44,870 bases of DNA. Origin: Octopus bimaculoides (Eukaryota). Of this stretch, positions 35,341-44,870 are shown in pieces (positions within the stretch are counted from its first letter, which is position 1; each line of letters opens with the position of its first letter). The position numbers and the translations under genes are program-made. The notes beneath the pieces were generated by a model. It had not been told where the DNA came from, did no database searches, and saw only the letters and a program-made list of their open reading frames with translations. The stretch covers positions 140,435,778 through 140,480,647 of the forward strand of contig NC_068983.1 of assembly GCF_001194135.2 (NCBI RefSeq), in the 5' to 3' direction.

Positions 35341-38300
35341 GAGGACTCAACACATTCTAATTAGTGTTACAGGAGATTCGAATATAAATTTCGATTTTTT
35401 TTTTATCTATATGAGCCTGAGTGAAACGACCAATCTTACACGCACTTCTGTAGATGAATACGGTTTGAAGTTTTTGGTGAATCAGCCTCCACAAATAAAA
35501 ACTACAATAACAAATTTTCATTGAAAATTGTGAATCATGTTTTGCATGTAGTCGAAGGAAAAACTGATTTCATTATATGAACCTATGAATATACTTTATA
35601 AAATATTGTGTTATAAATATGAATTTAGTTCTACCTCGAACACTTGTTGAGAAATGTCAGTAGCGCTGTAAATGACCATATTTTTTCTCAATTTATAGTT
35701 GTGCCAGGACATGTTGTTTAATCGTAGATTAATGTTGATTGAACAAACGTGTGTTTAAAGGAATTTATAAAGCTGTCAACCTGACATGTGTTAGGAAATT
35801 TCCAACTGACATAATTTTATCTAATCTGGCCCTCTGTTTTTTTTAGTAGATGCGGTGAGATTTGAGGAAGATAAACTCTTTAGTTGATATGCCTTATGGT
35901 TATACGAATGAATTGACATTTCCTCGTCTCTTTGGCCTATGCTTAAAAATGGAATTATATTGTTACCGGATTACTTGCTTGCTTGAAACCACAACGTATC
36001 TTTATATTCTGCGTGGGAAAATGTATGAGATTTAAATTAAATGTCTATCGGGAGAATTCCCATAAAAAGGGTGTTTTACATAACCTTTCTTATTGTAATT
36101 TCGTGTCCATAGATTATTCTATCGAAGAGGAATAAGTCTGCACTACAACCAATTCAAAAATATCTTTCTACATTACAAACAAGTTGCAAGACCCCCGTGC
36201 ATCATTAATAAGTTGCATTCTAAATATAAGGTCAAATTAGCACGTAGTACACGAATTTCAAGAATATATATTTGTTACCAAATCTCATAGATCTGTACGT
36301 CCATTGATTTTCTTTTCCACGTCCATATCGTCTAACATATGTGGTGTACTTACATATAATGTTTGTATTTCATTTTTTTTAAATTTGTTAAGTCTTTTTA
36401 ATTTTTATTTTTTGTATGAGAGTAAAGGGAATCATGATGTAATAACTACTAGACAATTCTACAGTATGTTTGTTGCCTGCGATGAAAGTTTCACGTCCCA
36501 TTGATACTTGTTTATAACTAGGTGATTACGATCACCCACTTCTAAACTAAGTTAATTGACAATAATTATCTTAGTAAGTGACATAAAACAGTGTCGGTGA
36601 CAGGGTACAAGATCTTAACTACTCTGTTAATTATCATGTTATGCTGACAAGGAGATAACCAATAATCTTCAATTATTTGCGAAAGGAAGTTAGAAGAGGA
36701 AACATTGCCTATTGTCAACGTAGCGTGTCTTTGTAATACATTGAGAAATATCCAATCAACTATATTATGTTGAGAAGTTCATTTAGAAGAGGAAAATAAA
36801 ATCTTGAAGAATATTAAGTGTGTAATAATTTCAAGTCAACATTCTATTCAAAAACATTTGCATACTCTAGGGGATGTCATGAACGTTTTATTCTCTCTTT
36901 ATAAAACCCCGCCCACCGCAACCCGTATAACTTTCTGGTCTTTGTTAACATTAGAATTACTACAAAATTTTATGATTTGGTGTGAAAATTAAGTTTCTAT
37001 TGACTCATTACTGTTTCAATTTTCGAAGCAATTACTCCTCATTTATGTCACAATTAAAAGAAAATCAGAAGCAACATAATTCATTTAACTTTCACTGTTA
37101 TATCTTCTCAAATAGAAGACTATGCCTTTGTAAAGGTGGCAGATGTTTTTATTGTCGTTATTTTGGTTAGTTTCAACTAAAAGATGACCCTTTTCTTTAA
37201 AACGAAACAATTAAAACCAGAGATTGTTCATGATCTAAGGCAACGGATTCAATAGAAAACTGCACCAGGAAACTTACTCCACCCTTACTTATTGAAACAC
37301 ATTTCTGTTTTTGTTAAATATCCAAACAAAACCGAAATAGGGACGTTGACGGTGCGAATACCGGTTTGAAGCGCACAGACACACACACACCCACAAATAT
37401 ATATCAACTTTTAACATTCGGAAGAAGAATGAACTGTATTTTGTTCCCGGCATTATTAAGGTAAATTCCAAGATGATAGATTCAATGTCGATTGTGTCGT
37501 TATGAAAGTGTTTAATGAATACACAGTAGTGACACAAGTGCCGAGAGTTTTGGTGTATAGAGAAGTGCCAATGGACGGAACTCTCGGCTCTTCAGTCACT
37601 TTGTAACATCTGTTAGTTTTTAATATAGAAATATTCTATACACCATGTATACATTATCTTGAAGCACTCTTAATGACTTCATAATGGGAATTTAAAATGT
37701 ATATGCTGTACGAGATCGTGAAGTAATGGCAGTATGAGTCACCTGGTTCTTCTATATTTTTCAATGAAACCCACCATTTCAAATATTCGACATATTGATC
37801 TGTCATCATGGATTTACCGAACAATAGTCTGTGGTAAACACAGGAAACTTTCTCATTCTGAATGTTATTAATCTGTCAAAGAGCAATCAATTTTTTCTCT
37901 CATTTTTGCTTTCGTATTCATTCCTGCTACAGCTAAAAAAGGAAGTAAGATAAAATAATTCTAGTGGAAAACCCATTGCTTAGATGCGACATCAATAATC
38001 AATAAGTTCTCTAAGTGACCTCTTGATATATCTTAATGCCTGTAGCTTTATTCTTTCTTCTATAGCTTCAGGGAGAAATCATGGAAAATGTCGAGTGTGT
38101 TAGAAGGCAGTAAAATTGTATGGACTTATTTTTGCGACATTGATTTAATATCAAATTGATAACGTCATTCTCAAGTAGCAAAGGAATTACTTCAATAAGA
38201 CTCCAAAATCGTAAGAAGGTAGATTTGAAACACTAAAAGTCATATAGTGAATAAGAAAAGTTTGCAATAAAATGAATCTGATAATTCAATTCTTTTTATT

Positions 38301-39567
38301 CTGATGTTTATATTTTGATAAATACGAAAGAAATTTTTTTTCCAAATATTCTTCACGTCAGTTATTTATTAATCAGCACCAACCGTGTTAAGAAAAAAGA
38401 AACTATGATATATATTTTTCAATTTGAAACAAATGTCACACACTAGAAACTGACTTCTAGAAACATCAGGTTGAAGTAGATAAAGAATTTATATGATCCA
38501 GAAAAATCGAGATTCTAAAGTTGTGTTTCTTTTGGAGATTCAAGACAAAATATAACTATTGAACTCAAGACTTCACCAGAATTTCTTCGTTATTTTTTAT
38601 TTCATGTTAGACACACATTAGTGAGATATATACTATACATGCTATCTAAATGTCGGAAAAATTGTTTGATGAAGACAGAGTCGAGCATCAATCTTTATAT
38701 TTATCGTTGCGCAGATTTGCAGGTTAACTGCCACATGCACAAATATCTTATAATAGAGTATTCTTTTACCTTTACTTCGCACTCTGCTATCATATCCGTT
38801 CCGTCTTTTTCCACTATGTGTGGTATTCGAATTAAAATGTTCTTCAGCTCTTTGTTTCAGTAGAGGTAAAGATATTGAGCTCATGCATTATATCCTGCAT
38901 CTATCATTTACTAATTATCTCCAACATTCGTTCAACATACGTTCAAACCAATATTTTATGGGGGTGTAAAAATAAATAAATCGAATCCTGACATATATAG
39001 TAGAAAGTGGAAATCAAGTGGTCTATAACGTAGTATACTACGAAGGGACGTTGGCAAACGAAATGTCCTGAAATAATGCAATAAGCATGTAATTACAAAA
39101 TTACTTGTTGTAATTAGGTAACTCCTATATATTTAGGTCACATCCCTGATCAGTTAAAAGAAACTAAAATGGTAGTAGTGAATAAAATCGAGTAGATAAT
39201 CTCCTTGAGTGTATGTCTAAGACAAACAAAATGCAAGTGTTTTGCAAACTGGTATATGTATTTATGTTGGATATTTAGAAAAACTTTGGCCGAAAACATT
39301 TTCATAAAATGCGAAGATCGAACTTCCGGTAAATATTTAGCCAACCGAGAGGCATAGAACTCCCAGTTTCATAGTTCAATGAATTTCATCAAATATCTGT
39401 TGTGTTCAGATATTTCTTTTCCTGTTCTCGTTTTAATTGTTATCCGTTTCATTTGCTTCAATACAACTATATTGATACAGCATATATCTAGATCGATGAT
39501 TCGGATAATGTTAAATACATTATCTCTGATAAACTGTGCATCTCATATATGAGTCACATTCTACAAT

Positions 39568-39655
39568 TGTGTGTGGTAAGACACTTAATTCCCAAACACG
39601 TTGTTACAAAGTTTAATCAGATTGTACAGCACCTTGAGCAAGTGCTATTTACCTG
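39568..39655 (+). mobile_element. Degenerate SINE head (family of 31826)
   Basis: GTGTGTGGTAAG...TTCCCAAACAC...CAGCACCTTGAGCAAGTG; followed by (TA)n and a gap. Confidence 0.55.
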
Positions 39656-40479
39656 CTTACCTAGATATATATATTTATAGTTATATATATAGGTTTATAT
39701 ATATATTTATATTTATATATATATATATNNNNNNNNNNNNNNNNNNNNNNNNNNNNNNNNNNNNNNNNNNNNNNNNNNNNNNNNNNNNNNNNNNNNNNNN
39801 NNNNNNNNNNNNNNNNNNNNNNNNNNNNNNNNNNNNNNNNNNNNNNNNNNNNNNNNNNNNNNNNNNNNNNNNNNNNNNNNNNNNNNNNNNNNNNNNNNNN
39901 NNNNNNNNNNNNNNNNNNNNNNNNNNNNNNNNNNNNNNNNNNNNNNNNNNNNNNNNNNNNNNNNNNNNNNNNNNNNNNNNNNNNNNNNNNNNNNNNNNNN
40001 NNNNNNNNNNNNNNNNNNNNNNNNNNNNNNNNNNNNNNNNNNNNNNNNNNNNNNNNNNNNNNNNNNNNNNNNNNNNNNNNNNNNNNNNNNNNNNNNNNNN
40101 NNNNNNNNNNNNNNNNNNNNNNNNNNNNNNNNNNNNNNNNNNNNNNNNNNNNNNNNNNNNNNNNNNNNNNNNNNNNNNNNNNNNNNNNNNNNNNNNNNNN
40201 NNNNNNNNNNNNNNNNNNNNNNNNNNNNNNNNNNNNNNNNNNNNNNNNNNNNNATATATATATATTTATTTATATATATATATTTTATATTTATATATAT
40301 ATAAATACATAGTGTACATTTAAACACATAAGAGAGATGTCCATAATAGGACATCTAACCCGCTAGAAGGAGCAGTCAAACTCCAAACCACAATTAGCGA
40401 TAATTTCGAAAGGGAAAAACGGGAACAGGAAAAGAAGTATCTGAACTCAACAGATATTTCAAGTAATTCAGTGAACTAT

Positions 40480-40845
40480 GAAACAGGGAGTTTTATGCCT
40501 CTCGGTTGGCTAAAGATTTACAGGAAGTTCGATCTTCTCCATCGAGAATACGAGCCCAATATTGTAATAGATTGGGATTTAAGGGATCACAAATTTTAAT
40601 TTTTAATGCCCTACCACAGAACATCAGGGATCTGCAAGGTGTGGACATGAAAGTCTTCAAAAAAACTCTAGACAGCTTTTTATCTGGAATTCCGGCTGAA
40701 GTCACATCGTGGCATGAGGCACAAAGAAGTGCGGCAACGTCCAATTCACTACTTCACCAGAAACGATACTGGAAAAAGGCCCGGACGCAGTAAAGGTGGT
40801 GCACGATCATGGCCTCAGCCTCTGGCTGAAACCCATAAAAGATGC
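40480..40845 (+). mobile_element. CR1/L2-group LINE 3' end
   Basis: Track ORF 40506-40793 RAQYCNRLGFKG..FNALPQNIRDLQGVDMKVFKKTLDSFLSGIPAE...AATSNSLLHQ fits the FNxLP..FKxxLDxFL..PDxP..NSL C-terminus. Short UTR ending CTGAAACCCATAAAAGA, then (CATA)n/(CA)n. Confidence 0.8.
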
Positions 40846-40903
40846 TTACATACATACATATACACACACACATACACACACACACACACACACCCATACA
40901 CAC

Positions 40904-40950
<47 letters not shown>

Positions 40951-41646
40951 CTGTTGTGTCTTGGAAGTCATTCTCTTTTAGTGCCTTATAATTTAACACA
41001 CTCACCGGTAAAATTTCCACATATCTGTTTTATCTTTCTAACATTTTCTTTGCGTCTAGCAACCCATTCAATAGTTATTCACACTGAGTTCCTTTTGCTT
41101 CTTTGTGCACATGTGCGTGGTATAGTGTGTGTGTGCCTACACATGCAGATATGTATGTGTGCGCGTGTGTGCATGTTTGTATATGTGTGTGTGTATACCT
41201 CTGTCTCTAAGTGTGTGCATGTTTGAGTGTGTGTATGTGTGTTTTGCAACTATGTACCGTTTTTGTATGTATCGATGTGCATCTTCATATGTGTGGGAGT
41301 GTGTCTCCGTATGTGTCCTTGTGTGAAGTAAAGTGTGTGTGTATATATGGTCATGTATTTCAGTCTTCATTTGTGTATGTGTGCGTATGTGTGATTCTCT
41401 GTTCATATAACCAATGTACCTGTCCGCCTGTATGTTGAGCTGCTTACTTTAATATCCATATGCTTATATACATGTGCATATACACATATATATTTATACA
41501 TACACTTCCCAGCATACATACATCTATCTACATAACAGCCCACTAACAATTCCACTCTGCCTGTGTAAACTGCGGTTATGGAGGCATGATATCTACTATG
41601 TATATTTCCTACTTAGTATTGGGGAAGTTTCATTTTTGAGGACATA

Positions 41647-41693
<47 letters not shown>
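40846..41693. repeat. Degenerate (CA)/(TG)/(TA) microsatellite-rich tract
   Basis: Visible; source of several spurious ORFs. Confidence 0.85.
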
Positions 41694-41695
<2 letters not shown>

Positions 41696-42059
41696 CGTAC
41701 GAGGCATCTTCGTCAGACTAACTCAAACTAATTGTTATGTATTTTGAGTGCTGAATTCGACATGCCGCTAATATTTTGGTATAAACTGCAGCTGAATATG
41801 CGATTTTGTGACTGTCTTTCTGAAGCGGTTACAAATGGCTTCCCTAAACCAGATGCGTATGAATTAAAACAGAAAGGAAGAGGTGAAATAATTTGCTAAA
41901 ACTTGGCAAGGACATTAAATTTAGCTATATAATAACATAGTATAATAACAAGATATGTATATAGTCTCTAACATCTGTTTCTTGAATATCCCACATAATT
42001 ACATACATTGATACATATGCTAACACACATATATAACATATTGGTAAAATACACATCGC

Positions 42060-43520
42060 TGGGAATTCCCATCACTGGTTGATCTCCTCATTGATTTTAG
42101 AAGCTCAACTTGTACCTTCCATCGCAATGTTGGCAAGTCTTCCGTATCGCCAGTAGTTATATCAGGATCACAGGCGCTTCATTCCCAAGTCTGTACTCTT
42201 CGCCTGAGTGGGCAGTGAGAACTGAACTAGTCTTCACCAGTGAAACTAACCCTATTGCGGTTTTTTTGATAAACATATTCATTTTAGGTTCGGTCTTATT
42301 TGCCGTATCGAGTGCGTTCTTCCAGGGCGCTGTACGTTCAATCATGACGATGTTTTTTTGCATATTCCTCCTGAATAGGAACATATTTGGTCGAAGTGAT
42401 AAGCTGAGAAAGCGAGTCAGCTCCTCAAGCATATTTGCATCTCCCAATCTTAAACTCAATGCAAAATAAAAAAAGTAGGTGGCTCTACCATTGCTTTAGC
42501 CTAAGGAGCCTTGTCATCTTCCCTTAGGAATGTGATATCTTGGGCGGTGCATTCTTCTGGTTGTTCACCTTAACACTTTGCAGGTTTGTCCACTTGGTAA
42601 TATCTGCAAGGAGCTTGTAACTTGATTTGTACAGGCCTTCTTCCGGTCCCTTTTAGTTTCCTTGTCAAAATGTGGTTTAATATGCAAAGAGTTACTCCAC
42701 TCTGCTTGAAGGATGAGTCTTCTCATTTTCACATACTTTAAGGTTATTGGGCGTTTGGTAAATTGTCAACAACGGCATGAAGGAGGTAGAACAATATTGA
42801 TAGATTTGTACAACATATCAGTCTCTTTGCATGGCAAGTTCTACAGCATTCAATCTTCTGTTGAATCGTAATGAAAAGTGTTCTTCTTGTTCCTGTGTTT
42901 AGTGTTTTTGTGTCTCTTGAAATCTCTTGGTATTGCTAGTATGGTTATGATCTTGTCGTCATGCCTGAATCTCTCTCATCCCGAGAGACAACTAATATGT
43001 TGATTGTTCTCGCTTTCCTGATTTTGAATTCCTTCCTCACTGGTGAAAATCATAGGCGGAGCTTCAATGTAATGTTGCATAGATTGACTGAACCGAAAGC
43101 TGGGAGAATGCCCTTCCACCCTCACGCAAATTTATAGCAGATCCTCTTCCTCACCTCTACTCCAGCCAAGGCTAAAAAATGGCAAGACAGCAAATATGGT
43201 CAGTGAAGTCTGAGGATGATACCATACTGGAAGCAACATATTTTGAATCTTCTAAGTAGCTGGCTTTTATCCGCTGTCCTCAGTTGAGATTTAGCGTCTT
43301 TGCTATTGCCAAAATCCTTAAAATTGATGGTTATAATCTTTTCCACAGCATTACATTTTTTCTTGTATTACTGGAATCGCAGACCTCTAAATACTAAAGA
43401 CGCCATAAGTCCTGGCTGTAAGGATTTTATTGTACTCCGCTTTACAGGGGGTTCAGTGTCAGTTGTGTCTCTGCGTTTGAGGGTTATGACTTTTATGTCA
43501 TCTATGAATGTTTTATAGAT
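42060..43520 (-). mobile_element. Decayed APE-type LINE (CR1-like): ORF1 remnant and endonuclease N-terminal region
   Basis: Minus frame FLRE/DRQGSLG*SNGRATYFF..LSLRLGDANMLEELT...MIERTAP resembles the APE RxDR..GGGVAxY..ExL..YRxP segment. Upstream RICYKF..G Cys motif near 43130. Heavily mutated. Confidence 0.55.
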
Positions 43521-44838
43521 GCCAAAATGGTATCCATATTTCCTGCTCTATTTGGCTGATTTTAACCCCAGCTTCGGTTTGCCGGGAGGTACTATCATCG
43601 ATTAGTGTTAGTAGCTTGAATTAACATTGTTGCATGCAGCCCTTCCAAGCTATCAGCTACAAGTAATTACACGCTTCGTTAATTTTTGATATTTTTCTCC
43701 GAAAATGTTTGAAAATGTCTATCAGTGTGCTATAACATTTACAAATACCCTATCTTGAAGTCAATAATTCTTTGGAAGAAGTCCATGAAAACGGTTGATA
43801 TACAATATTTCCCCATTTTCGATGTTTTCAGATGCAAGTATTGTATGAAAAGGATTTTAGAAAATTGCAAATGTCATAGCCCTTTCCTGTTTATCTATTC
43901 CCCGAAAAGGAATGTAATCATTTGAAAAATACAAATTTGATTCAAATCAATTAATGAAAACATAGACATGTGAAAATAAATACTGTTTTACATGTACAGT
44001 TCAAATTTCTCATTTCCCATTATTGTCTAAATATTTTGAAGCCATTTAATTCAACTGAAGTAATACAGAGAAAGACGCGTGATGCATTGTAGTTGACATG
44101 TAATTATCTCTTTCGAAATAAGTGAACAATGAAAATGAATAAAACGTTTAATTTCCCAAAAGAAATCTATTTGTACATTGTGTACATTAAATTCTTAAAT
44201 CTTTTATGACACCATAACATCTTCATCCATATAAGCTTCAACCACATACATTTCTAGTGGAAACAGAATACATGAGACTAAATATGGCTGAAGGTAATAA
44301 ATGCACTCAGTCATATTCAACAGAATAAATATCGTTGGCAAGGTGATACATTTTAAAGGAAATTAAAAGTCAATATTAAAATTGCAATTAAACAGTAAGA
44401 AAATTGAAATACGGTGGCATATTGTATTATTTCATAGTTGGCGGTAAGACCGAGTACATTGTGAATGGAGGATACAAAGCAGTTTTCCAATTTAATATAG
44501 AGAAATTAGGTAAATCTGCCAAATGTTTAATATTCAAAATTTACTCTTAAACATCAAGTTAATTTAAATGAAGGCTGATGAAAAATAAATGTACGGTGGT
44601 AAAACATTTATTTTTATATGCATAGCATGTATGTTACTCTGCAGAATGAATTAGATATCAGCAGTACGAATTACGTTTCAACGACGAATCCTTACTGAGT
44701 GGCTGCGTGTGATGTGTTGTGTGGCTGCCCATAGCACCATTTTCGTTTCCATTTTTCCTTTAGAGGTATAAAAATGCCTATTTTTGTCTGGTCGCAGGAA
44801 GAGAAATTTGGATCGCAATGCACCAAGGTAGACGAAAT

Positions 44839-44870
44839 ATGTGTGTGTATGTGTGTGTGTGTGTGTGTGT
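44839..44870. repeat. (TG)n microsatellite at window end
   Basis: Visible run. Confidence 0.95.

Noticed and set aside
44764-44827. Possible 64-nt exon after TTTTTCCTTTAG (open frames RYKNAYFCLV.. / GIKMPIFVWS..)
   Set aside because: The donor GTAGAC is weak, no domain is recognisable and the window ends; insufficient support.

Overview
AT-rich, microsatellite-dense eukaryotic DNA with many N gaps. The SINE families and repeat style are ones I recall from octopus (cephalopod) genomes; this is recognition from memory, not a database hit. I can support no intact host gene, rRNA, functional tRNA or CRISPR array. Almost all recognisable sequence is decayed transposable elements: seven R4/Dong-like RLE LINE fragments, mostly sitting in (TAA)n arrays, and four copies of a ~557-bp non-coding element with the same (TAA)n preference and 5' truncation. 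There are also a HERO-like RLE LINE, a Penelope-like GIY-YIG remnant, CR1/L2-like and L1/Tx1-like LINE pieces, three Tc1/mariner derivatives, a Chapaev-like transposase pseudogene and several tRNA-derived SINEs. The most striking structure is 15530-17825, a single insertion bounded by a perfect 12-bp target-site duplication. It consists of two head-to-head units, each with a tRNA-like head, a (TAA)n tract and a tail carrying a minimal hammerhead-ribozyme motif. Its internal (TAA)n tracts were later invaded by the 557-bp element and by a Dong-like LINE that has a snap-back 5' junction.
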